Part shown: positions 18,142 to 26,530 of the stretch, piece by piece | Layout: every line of letters begins with the position of its first letter | How positions within the stretch are numbered: the stretch's first letter is position 1 | Assembly: GCA_036824595.1 (NCBI GenBank) | Contig: DAISZW010000002.1 | Span: 4,154 to 52,323, forward strand | Origin: Ignavibacteriaceae bacterium | Lineage (GTDB): Bacteria > Bacteroidota > Ignavibacteria > Ignavibacteriales > Ignavibacteriaceae | Direction: 5' to 3' | Length of the DNA: 48,170 nt | The notes under the pieces: generated by a model | The model's input: the letters and a program-made list of their open reading frames with translations, nothing else | What the model was told of the DNA's origin: nothing | Database searches by the model: none | Position numbers and translations under genes: made by a program

Positions 18142-18501
18142 ATGTCGTACAGAATAGATAAAATTGAAAACCTGATAAGAGAAGAAATCAGCATGATTTT
18201 ACTGCATAAAATGCAGGATCATTCCTTCGGTTTGATTACGGTAACGCATGTAAAAGTAAGTCCCGATATAAAAATTGCCAAAATTTATATTTCTGTTTTT
18301 GAAAGAGAAAACAGGGAGCTTGCTCTCGAAAAAATTAAGGCAAGCACCGGTTTTATCCGCTCTGTACTAGCCTCGCGCATCAGAATAAAATTTGTACCCG
18401 AGTTAAAATTTTTCATTGACGATACATTGGACTACGTTGAAAAAATTGAAGGATTGATCAGAAAAATTCACAAAGACGATGATAACAAAAGAAACTTCTG
18501 A
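18142..18501 (+). CDS. rbfA: ribosome-binding factor A
   Basis: The ORF-track frame 18031-18501 overlaps the infB 3' end. The ATG at 18142 (MSYRIDKIENLIREEIS...) gives a 119-aa RbfA-sized protein starting after the infB stop. Confidence 0.88.
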   Translation: MSYRIDKIENLIREEISMILLHKMQDHSFGLITVTHVKVSPDIKIAKIYISVFERENRELALEKIKASTGFIRSVLASRIRIKFVPELKFFIDDTLDYVEKIEGLIRKIHKDDDNKRNF

Positions 18502-19231
18502 TTACTCCAAAATTAATTTTCAAACCGGCGAAACAATATTAATAGATAAGCCGCCGAATCTTACTTCATTCAGAGTAGTGGAGAAAATAAGGAAAACAGT
18601 TGGAGTGAAAGCCGGTCATGCCGGAACTTTGGATCCGCTTGCCACCGGACTTTTAATTGTCTGCACCGGCCGGTTTACAAAAAAAATCTCTTTGCTCAAT
18701 GAACTTGAAAAAACTTATTCGGGAACAATAATTCTCGGGAAATCCTCTCCCTCTTTTGATCTTGAAACGGAGGTGACATCCGGGAAATCCCTTAGTGAAA
18801 TTTCCGAGAAACAGATACTCTCGGTTAAAGAAGAATTTACGGGGGAAATTCTTCAAACTCCGCCGATGTACTCGGCTTTAAAAGTTAACGGTAAAACTCT
18901 GTACCGTCTTGCAAGAAGCGGAAAAAGTATCTACAGGGAGCCGAGGAAGGTAACTATTTATAATTTTGTTATAAAAAGAATTGCTGTTCCCGAAATTGAT
19001 TTTGAAATTACTTGTTCGAAAGGAACTTATATCAGGTCTATTGCCAATGATTTCGGTGAAAAACTGGGATGCGGAGGAATTCTGTGTAATCTGCGAAGAT
19101 TAAAAATTGGAGATTATTCTGTTGATAATTCCCTCCTGCTGGAGGAATTTTTAAATAAAGTAAAAATTCATCAGGAACTAACCAAGGCTGAAGAAACTGT
19201 TTCCAAGCAGCATGAACAGCAAAAAAACTGA
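18479..19231 (+). CDS. truB: tRNA pseudouridine(55) synthase TruB
   Basis: 250 aa with the catalytic motif GHAGTLDPLATGLL. It overlaps the rbfA 3' end by 23 nt. Confidence 0.93.
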   Translation: MITKETSDYSKINFQTGETILIDKPPNLTSFRVVEKIRKTVGVKAGHAGTLDPLATGLLIVCTGRFTKKISLLNELEKTYSGTIILGKSSPSFDLETEVTSGKSLSEISEKQILSVKEEFTGEILQTPPMYSALKVNGKTLYRLARSGKSIYREPRKVTIYNFVIKRIAVPEIDFEITCSKGTYIRSIANDFGEKLGCGGILCNLRRLKIGDYSVDNSLLLEEFLNKVKIHQELTKAEETVSKQHEQQKN

Positions 19232-19317
19232 ATCCTATGTTCTTTAAGGTATCCGAACTAATTTAATTAATATTCAAAATAACATATATTATTGCTCTGT
19301 TGTAATTAACGCATTAT

Positions 19318-20271
19318 ATGAAAATTTATAACGATATATCTGAAGTAGAGTTAAATAAAAATACAATCTTATCCCTCGGAACTTTTGATGGTATTCATAT
19401 AGGACACCAGCAGATCATTAAAACCGTTGTTGAAAAGGCTTCATTAAATCAGCGCAGAAATTTTCTAATAACTTTTTACCCGCATCCCAGAAGCATTATT
19501 TCCAAAGACGCCTCGGTAAAATTACTGACAACCAGCGAAGAAAAAATTTCAATCCTGGAAACGCTTGGAATTAAAAACCTACTGATAATAAAATTTACGG
19601 AAGAGTTTTCACAGATTGCTCCGGACGATTTCATATTAAATTATATAATAAACAGGATCGGTGTAAAAGAAATCGTAATCGGTTTCGATCACCATTTCGG
19701 CAAAGGAAGAAGCGGTAATAAGGATACATTAAAAAAATTCGGAGAGAAACATGATTTTACGGTTTCCGAAATCGGTGAATGCAAAATTAACGGCGAAACT
19801 GTTAACAGCTCAAAGATTAGAAAAGCTTTGGCGGACGGAAATGTTGAAACGGCAAACTCCTTCCTCGGACGCTACTATTCCTTAAGCGGTACCGTAGTAA
19901 TCGGCGATAAAAGAGGAAGAAAACTTGGATTCCCTACTGCTAACATTAAAATTGAAAACGAGAAACTTCTGCCTTCATTGGGAATTTACGCAATCGAAGC
20001 AGTATTGGGTAAAGAAAAATTCTATGGATTGTTAAGTATAGGCAGAAGACCGACTTTTTACGATTCAGGCGAAATTATTCCGGAAGCCTACATATTTGAT
20101 TTTGACCGTGATATTTACGGAGGAAAAATTACCGTAAATTTGGTTGAACGGATAAGAGGCGAGGAGAAATTTAACACGGCCGATGAACTCGTCAGCCAGA
20201 TGAAAAAAGATAAAGAAACGGGATTTGAAATTTTCAGCAGAATCAATTCTGCTGCTCAGGTGAAATTTTAA
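19318..20271 (+). CDS. ribF: bifunctional riboflavin kinase / FMN adenylyltransferase
   Basis: 317 aa. The N-terminal nucleotidyltransferase motif is GTFDGIHIGHQ. The C-terminal riboflavin kinase region has GFPTANI and PTFYDSGE..EAYIFDF. Confidence 0.93.
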   Translation: MKIYNDISEVELNKNTILSLGTFDGIHIGHQQIIKTVVEKASLNQRRNFLITFYPHPRSIISKDASVKLLTTSEEKISILETLGIKNLLIIKFTEEFSQIAPDDFILNYIINRIGVKEIVIGFDHHFGKGRSGNKDTLKKFGEKHDFTVSEIGECKINGETVNSSKIRKALADGNVETANSFLGRYYSLSGTVVIGDKRGRKLGFPTANIKIENEKLLPSLGIYAIEAVLGKEKFYGLLSIGRRPTFYDSGEIIPEAYIFDFDRDIYGGKITVNLVERIRGEEKFNTADELVSQMKKDKETGFEIFSRINSAAQVKF

Positions 20272-20328
20272 TTAATTAACTCCGGTTCATTCTGGGGTTA
20301 CATTGTATAAATAAAAAAGGATCAAAAA

Positions 20329-20592
20329 ATGGATAAAGAGAAAAAACATGAAATTATCAAAAAATTCGGAACCAGTGAAAAGGATTCCGGAAAAGCTGAA
20401 GTTCAGATCGCATTATTAACCTCAAGAATAAATGATCTGACATCTCATTTCAACACCCACAAAAAAGATCATCATTCCAGAAGAGGATTAATGATGATGG
20501 TAGGTAAAAGAAGAAGGCTTTTGGATTATCTGATGAAAAAAGATATCCAGAGATATAGAACAATAATTAAAGAATTGAATATTAGGAAGTAA
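20329..20592 (+). CDS. rpsO: 30S ribosomal protein S15
   Basis: 87 aa. [25 protein letters not shown] is the S15 signature region. It lies directly upstream of pnp. Confidence 0.96.
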   Translation: MDKEKKHEIIKKFGTSEKDSGKAEVQIALLTSRINDLTSHFNTHKKDHHSRRGLMMMVGKRRRLLDYLMKKDIQRYRTIIKELNIRK

Positions 20593-20605
20593 GGTATTTT
20601 AAATT

Positions 20606-22711
20606 ATGATAGCAAAAAAAGAAGTCGAAATCGGGGGAAAAATTTTTTCAATAGAAACAGGGAGGTATGCGAAGCAGGCAAACGGTGCTGTAATGGTTAG
20701 GTATGCCGATACAATGATTCTTGTTACTGCGGTAGCTTCCGATGAAGCGGTAGAGGATCAGGATTTTTTCCCGCTGCAGGTTGAATACAGGGAAAAAACA
20801 TCGGCAGCCGGCAAATTCCCCGGCGGTTATATAAAACGGGAAGGCCGCCCTACTGAAAAAGAAATTTTAAGCGCCAGGCTGATAGACAGGCCCATACGTC
20901 CGCTTTTCCCGAAGGAGTTCAAAAATGAAACCCAGGTAATTGCATTGGTATTGTCTCACGACGGAGAAAATGATGCTGATGTCCTGGGTGCGGTTGGAGC
21001 ATCTGCCGCATTAACTATATCCGATATTCCCTTCGGCGGACCAATGGCTGAGGTCAGGGTAAGCAGAGTAAACGGAGAGTTTATTGCTAATCCTACTATT
21101 GCACAGATCAGCGAAGGCGATCTTGAACTCGTAGTCGGCGGCACTGCCGATTCTATAATGATGGTTGAAGGAGAAGCCAACGAAGTGAGTGAAGAAGTTC
21201 TTCTTGATGCGCTTAAATTTGCTCACCGGGAAATTAAAAAGATTGTTCAGCTACAGATGGATTTAAAAGAAGCTGCGGGAAAACCAAAAAGAGAAATACC
21301 CGGAAAAGAAATAAGTGAAGAATTTAAAAGTGATATTCTTGCCGTGTCATATGATAAGATGAAGGAGACAGTTTATTCTGTCCTCAAAAAGGAGGAAAGA
21401 AGTGAAAAGAATAAGCAGCTCCGAGAATATGTTATTGAATCTTTAAAGGTGAAATACCCCGAAAAAGAAAAAGAAATCACTGAAATACTGGAAGAATCCG
21501 AAAAAGAGTTAATGCGGAACAGAATCTTGAACGAGGGAATAAGACTGGACGGCAGAAATACAAAGGAGATCAGGCCTATTTCAATAGAAATTGGAATTCT
21601 TCCCCGGACGCATGGGTCATCTCTCTTTACAAGAGGAGAAACCCAAAGTCTGGCAACCTTAACATTAGGTACTAAAAATGACGAGCAGATGATCGAAGGT
21701 CTTACTTCCGATTATGCTAAAAAATTTATGCTCCATTATAATTTCCCTCCTTTCAGCGTAGGAGAAACCGGTAAATTAACGGGTGTCGGAAGAAGGGAAA
21801 TTGGGCACGGAAACCTGGCTGAAAGAGCTTTAAAAATTGTTTTCCCTCCGGAAGATCAATTCCCGTACACCGTAAGAGTAATATCTGATATACTCGAATC
21901 TAACGGTTCATCTTCAATGGCAAGCGTATGCTCCGGCTCCCTTGCTCTGATGGACGGCGGAGTACCGGTAAGAAAACCTGTTGCGGGTATAGCAATGGGA
22001 CTGGTAAAGGAGGAAGACAAGTTTGCGGTACTTTCCGACATTTTAGGAAATGAAGACCACCTCGGCGACATGGATTTTAAAGTTGCAGGTACTCAGGACG
22101 GCATTACTGCCTTTCAGATGGATATTAAAATCAGAGGCATCTCATTTGAAATTATGGAGATCGCGTTAAAGCAGGCAAAAGAAGGAAGAATGCATATTCT
22201 AAATATTATGAATGAAGCCATAAGTATGCCGCGCGAACATTTATCGGAATATGCCCCGAGATTAATTACCGTGCAGGTTGAACAAGATCAAATTGGATTG
22301 ATAATTGGCCCCGGCGGAAAAACCGTCCAGGGCATGCAGAGGCTGTTCGGAGTTGATATCAATATTGAAGATGACGGAACAGTTAACATCGCTTCTCCCA
22401 ACAAAGAGAATGCAATGCGCTGCAAAGAGTATATTAAAAAACTGACCGCTACACCTGAAGTCGGCGAAGTTTATGACGGTGTTATAACAAAAATAATGGA
22501 CTTCGGTGCATTTGTCGAAATCCTTCCAGGGAAAGAAGGCCTTCTTCATATATCCCAGATCGATAATAAACGGGTTAATAAAGTTACCGATTACTTTAAA
22601 GAAGGAGACAAAGTAACTGTTAAACTGATAAAGATTGAAAACGGTAAATTTTCGTTAAGCAGAAAAGAATTGTTAAAAGAAGACGGTGCGGGAAAAAAGC
22701 CCGTTATCTGA
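20606..22711 (+). CDS. pnp: polyribonucleotide nucleotidyltransferase (PNPase)
   Basis: 701 aa with two RNase PH domains, a KH domain (IGLIIGPGGKTVQGM) and an S1 domain (GEVYDGVITKIMDFGAFVEILPGKEGLLHISQI). Confidence 0.97.
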   Translation: MIAKKEVEIGGKIFSIETGRYAKQANGAVMVRYADTMILVTAVASDEAVEDQDFFPLQVEYREKTSAAGKFPGGYIKREGRPTEKEILSARLIDRPIRPLFPKEFKNETQVIALVLSHDGENDADVLGAVGASAALTISDIPFGGPMAEVRVSRVNGEFIANPTIAQISEGDLELVVGGTADSIMMVEGEANEVSEEVLLDALKFAHREIKKIVQLQMDLKEAAGKPKREIPGKEISEEFKSDILAVSYDKMKETVYSVLKKEERSEKNKQLREYVIESLKVKYPEKEKEITEILEESEKELMRNRILNEGIRLDGRNTKEIRPISIEIGILPRTHGSSLFTRGETQSLATLTLGTKNDEQMIEGLTSDYAKKFMLHYNFPPFSVGETGKLTGVGRREIGHGNLAERALKIVFPPEDQFPYTVRVISDILESNGSSSMASVCSGSLALMDGGVPVRKPVAGIAMGLVKEEDKFAVLSDILGNEDHLGDMDFKVAGTQDGITAFQMDIKIRGISFEIMEIALKQAKEGRMHILNIMNEAISMPREHLSEYAPRLITVQVEQDQIGLIIGPGGKTVQGMQRLFGVDINIEDDGTVNIASPNKENAMRCKEYIKKLTATPEVGEVYDGVITKIMDFGAFVEILPGKEGLLHISQIDNKRVNKVTDYFKEGDKVTVKLIKIENGKFSLSRKELLKEDGAGKKPVI

Positions 22712-22762
22712 AATAATTCTGCTTTAACCAGTTTAACTTAAAAATTTCTAATTTTATTTTAA

Positions 22763-22792
22763 GCCGGGTGCTTCTGCAAAAGGCTTCCCGGC
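22763..22792 (+). terminator. candidate GC-rich stem-loop after pnp
   Basis: GCCGGG...CCCGGC form a 6-bp stem with an 18-nt loop. AAGCC/GGCTT is an alternative pairing. No T-tract follows. Confidence 0.3.
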
Positions 22793-22955
22793 CGGAAAAT
22801 TAATATGTCAGCAGCACAGTTAAATTTTTTCATTTTACTTTATTTAAATTTTTATTTCTGCCACAGCAATTACCATGTGGATTGCTTCCATAAAAATTCT
22901 CTCCTAAAGATTTTATCAACGGAATTGTTTATTTCAACAAAAAAGTTTTTCCTTT

Positions 22956-24596
22956 ATGACAAAAGAAATTATTATCAACGCATCTACTACGCAGACACGC
23001 GTCGCCATTACAGAAGATGGAAATTTAGTAGACTTCTTTGTGGACTATCCTGAAAACAGGAGGATGGTCGGAGACATATATCTGGGAAAAGTAGCCAGAG
23101 TGCTTCCCGGTATTAAAGCAGCTTTTATCGACATAGGAATGAAGCATGATGCATTCCTTCATTTTTCAGACATCGGGGAATCTACCCAGCAGCTTCAGGA
23201 AATGATAGGGGATGAAGACTCCGACGTGGATGATGATTCCGAGGAAGAAGAAACCTCGACACCGGAAACTAATCCGTCATCAGCGGCTCATCCTGCTGCA
23301 GGCCATGATCAAAATCCTGAAAGACAGGACCAGCTTTTAAAAACAGCCAAGCCTGAAATTGAAAATCCGATAATTTACAGATTGAAAAAGGACCAGGAAA
23401 TTCTTGTCCAAATAACAAAAGAGCCTGTAAATAACAAAGGAGTCCGGGTAAGTTCCTCAATTTCACTGCCTGGAAGATTCTGCGTTCTTCTTCCTTTTGA
23501 CGGGAAAATCGGCGTTTCAAAAAAAATATCAGATTTCAGGGAAAGAAAACGCTTAAGACATATTGCCCGAAGCATTTTACCAAAAAATTACGGCTTAATA
23601 ATTAGGACAGTTGCCAGGAATCAGACCGAAGAGGCTTTAAAAGATGATATGAATAATCTCATTAAAACCTGGGAAGAAATTCAGGCAACTATAAAAACTG
23701 AAAAACCGCCTTCGCTTATTTATCAGGATTTAAATACTACGTCAAGCGTAATACGTGATCTTTTTACTCCCGATGTTTCCAAAGTCTTTGTCGACTCAAG
23801 AAAAGTTTTTAAACAAATTAAAAGTTATGTGCAGATTATCCATCCCGAACTAGTCGACAAAGTAGAGCTTTTCCGCTCCGGCACATCGATATTCGATGCA
23901 TTTAAAATTGAAGAACAGATAAAAACATTGATGGGAAGGAAAGTACCGTTATTCAGCGGCGGATATTTGATAATTGAACATACAGAAGCAATGGTTGTTA
24001 TCGATGTAAACAGCGGCAGGTATGCAAAAAGCAAAGAGCAGGAACTTAATTCTCTTAGAACGGATCTCGAAGCCTCCAGGGAGATAGCAAGGCAGATGAG
24101 ATTGAGAGACATCGGTGGAATTATAGTAGTAGATTTTATAGACCTTGAAGAAGAAAGGAACAGGAAAAAAGTATACGACGAATTGAGAAAAGAATTCAGA
24201 AAAGACAGAGCAAAAGTTTCTGTTCTGCCCATGTCAGATTTCGGACTTGTTCAAATAACTAGACAGAGGATAAGGCAAAACATAATGCAGGCAATGAAGG
24301 AAGTCTGCCCTTACTGCCTGGGAACCGGGCTCCTTACAAAACATTCTCACCAGATTTATGATTTTGAGGAATGGCTTAAAAAATTCAGAAGAAACTCGAA
24401 AGAAAAATCAATTATTATCCGGTGCCATCCAGCGTTTGCCGAAAAGCTTAGGGAAGGAAAGATAAAAACTATTACGAAATTTCAGTTCAAATATTTAATC
24501 AAAATAAAGCTTGAAGAAGATCCAAGTGTTCCGCTTGGCCAGTTCAAGGCATATTCCAAAAGGAACAATAAAGAAATTACCGAGGATTATAAATAG
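22956..24596 (+). CDS. rng: Rne/Rng-family ribonuclease (RNase G/E catalytic-domain protein)
   Basis: 546 aa. The S1 domain reads VGDIYLGKVARVLPGIKAAFIDIG. The DNase I-like region has VVIDVNSG. The Zn-link motif is CPYCLGTG. An acidic low-complexity insert lies within the S1 region. Confidence 0.9.
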   Translation: MTKEIIINASTTQTRVAITEDGNLVDFFVDYPENRRMVGDIYLGKVARVLPGIKAAFIDIGMKHDAFLHFSDIGESTQQLQEMIGDEDSDVDDDSEEEETSTPETNPSSAAHPAAGHDQNPERQDQLLKTAKPEIENPIIYRLKKDQEILVQITKEPVNNKGVRVSSSISLPGRFCVLLPFDGKIGVSKKISDFRERKRLRHIARSILPKNYGLIIRTVARNQTEEALKDDMNNLIKTWEEIQATIKTEKPPSLIYQDLNTTSSVIRDLFTPDVSKVFVDSRKVFKQIKSYVQIIHPELVDKVELFRSGTSIFDAFKIEEQIKTLMGRKVPLFSGGYLIIEHTEAMVVIDVNSGRYAKSKEQELNSLRTDLEASREIARQMRLRDIGGIIVVDFIDLEEERNRKKVYDELRKEFRKDRAKVSVLPMSDFGLVQITRQRIRQNIMQAMKEVCPYCLGTGLLTKHSHQIYDFEEWLKKFRRNSKEKSIIIRCHPAFAEKLREGKIKTITKFQFKYLIKIKLEEDPSVPLGQFKAYSKRNNKEITEDYK

Positions 24597-24601
24597 TAAA
24601 A

Positions 24602-25693
24602 ATGAAAAAAACTAAATTTTATCCGGTTCATGAAAAACTTAATGCAAAAATAGTTGAGTTCGCCGGCTACTTAATGCCTATTCAATATTCATCAATTATT
24701 GCCGAACATAAAGCTGTGCGCAGCTCAGCCGGAGTATTCGATGTCTCTCACATGGGAGAAATTTTTATAAAGGGAGATAGAGCGTTAGATTTTGTTCAGC
24801 ATATAACTGTAAATGACGCCTCTAAATTATTTCCGGGAAGAGTTCAGTATTCGGCAATGTGCTACAATGACGGAGGAATTGTTGACGATCTCCTTGTATA
24901 TAAAATATCGGATAACGAGTATATGCTCGTAGTCAATGCCTCCAATATTGAAAAAGATTATGAATGGATGAAAGGAAATAATAAATTTAATGCAGTTATT
25001 GAAAACCAAAGCGATGAATTTTCTCTGCTGGCAGTACAAGGTCCGAATTCAAAAGAAATTATCTGTGAAATTTCCGGAGGATCTGTAGACTTTGAATATT
25101 ATCATTTCGGCAGACTGACCATCGGCGGAATTGAAATGATTGTTTCCAGAACAGGTTATACCGGCGAACTAGGTTTTGAACTTTACTTTAAAGGCAATGA
25201 AACGGCAGCCGAGAGAATCTGGAATCTAATTTTGGAAGCAGGCAAAAAATTTAATATTCTGCCGGTAGGATTGGCTGCAAGAGATTCTTTAAGACTTGAA
25301 ATGGGATACTGCCTTTACGGAAACGATATCGACAAAACAACTAATCCCCTTGAAGCAGGTTTAGGATGGATTACAAAGTTGAATAAACCGGATTTCATCG
25401 GGAAAGAATCTTTACTGAAATTTAAATCTAGCGGTTTTAAAAGAAAATTGGCTGGAATGAAAGCCGAAGAAAAAGCATTCCCAAGACATAGTTACGATAT
25501 AACTCTGAACGGCAAAAAAATCGGAATGATAACGAGCGGTACAGTCAGTCCTACTTTAGAAAAGCCGATTGCACTTGGATATATAGAGCAGGGGTATTCC
25601 TCAGCAGGTACAAAAGTTAATTTTAATATAAGAGGTAAGGAAATTCCTGCTGAAATTGTGAAAATTCCCTTTATAAGAGGAATTAATAACTGA
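24602..25693 (+). CDS. gcvT: glycine cleavage system aminomethyltransferase T
   Basis: 363 aa with GVFDVSHMGE, SRTGYTGELGFELY and ARDSLRLEMG motifs. Confidence 0.95.
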   Translation: MKKTKFYPVHEKLNAKIVEFAGYLMPIQYSSIIAEHKAVRSSAGVFDVSHMGEIFIKGDRALDFVQHITVNDASKLFPGRVQYSAMCYNDGGIVDDLLVYKISDNEYMLVVNASNIEKDYEWMKGNNKFNAVIENQSDEFSLLAVQGPNSKEIICEISGGSVDFEYYHFGRLTIGGIEMIVSRTGYTGELGFELYFKGNETAAERIWNLILEAGKKFNILPVGLAARDSLRLEMGYCLYGNDIDKTTNPLEAGLGWITKLNKPDFIGKESLLKFKSSGFKRKLAGMKAEEKAFPRHSYDITLNGKKIGMITSGTVSPTLEKPIALGYIEQGYSSAGTKVNFNIRGKEIPAEIVKIPFIRGINN

Positions 25694-25752
25694 AAACAGA
25701 AAGAAAATTTTAATAAATTAGTGAACAACGATTTAATCTTGAGTATGTAATT

Positions 25753-26514
25753 ATGAAGATCAATGTGCTTTTTAACCATAATAATGCCGATGAATTATAT
25801 TTTACTAAAAAAACAACTGTAGTAATCGACATACTTAGAGCTTCGAGTACGGTTGTGAATGCTATTCAAAACGATGCAAAAGAGATAATCCCGGTAACAA
25901 CCGTCGAGTTCGCTGTGAAGGTTTCGGGGGGAATGTTCGGCGGACAAACTTTAGTCGGTGGTGAAAGAAATACCAGGAAAGTAGAAGGATTTGCATTAGG
26001 GAACTCACCCCTGGAATATGTCCGCGATGTTGTTGCAGGGAAAACAATAATTCTTTACACAACAAACGGCTCTAAGGCGATAGTCAAAGCAAAGTTTTCC
26101 GAAAATTTATTTGTCTGCTCTTTTCTTAACCTTGCCGCAATTGTTAATCATTTAAATGAATTAAACAAAGACTTTGAGATACTTTGTGCGGGAAAAGCAA
26201 ATACATTTTCTCTGGAGGATACAGTATGCGCCGGCAAGCTTATATCTGAACTGGAAAAGCTTAGAGAAGACCTGGAACTAACCGACTCTGCTCGCGGCAG
26301 CATGGCAATGAATAAGGTATTTGGGAAAAATATTTTAAAAATGCTTAAAGAAAGCGATCATGGGAAACTATTAATTGAAAATGGATTTGAGGACGATCTT
26401 AAATTCTGCAGTAAGTTAAACTATTCTCACATTATACCTTATTTTACAGGAAATGCTATCAAGCTTTATGAAAAGCTTGTACCGCAAAGCGGAGCGGAAA
26501 TAGCCGCCAGTTAA
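25753..26514 (+). CDS. comB: 2-phosphosulfolactate phosphatase family protein (ComB-like)
   Basis: 253 aa. The N-terminal VVIDILRASSTVVNA and TTNGSKAI are typical of the ComB family. Confidence 0.75.
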   Translation: MKINVLFNHNNADELYFTKKTTVVIDILRASSTVVNAIQNDAKEIIPVTTVEFAVKVSGGMFGGQTLVGGERNTRKVEGFALGNSPLEYVRDVVAGKTIILYTTNGSKAIVKAKFSENLFVCSFLNLAAIVNHLNELNKDFEILCAGKANTFSLEDTVCAGKLISELEKLREDLELTDSARGSMAMNKVFGKNILKMLKESDHGKLLIENGFEDDLKFCSKLNYSHIIPYFTGNAIKLYEKLVPQSGAEIAAS

Positions 26515-26530
26515 CTCTCTACAAAAAAAC

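Noticed and set aside
22861-22885. Possible H-type pseudoknot (CCACA GCAAT TACCA TGTGG ATTGC) in the RNase E/G leader
   Set aside because: It has only two 5-bp helices, which is easily produced by chance. RNase E-type 5' UTR autoregulation is known in E. coli, but nothing here can be tied to it without comparative data.
22805-23053. 82-aa ORF upstream of and overlapping the RNase E/G start
   Set aside because: Its composition is AT-rich and Tyr/Phe/Leu/Asn-rich, and it overlaps the real S1-domain start. It is more likely the 5' UTR of the ribonuclease gene.
24597-24601. Glycine riboswitch upstream of gcvT
   Set aside because: gcvT starts 5 nt after the preceding gene, so there is no room for a riboswitch. 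gcvT is apparently co-transcribed with the ribonuclease gene.
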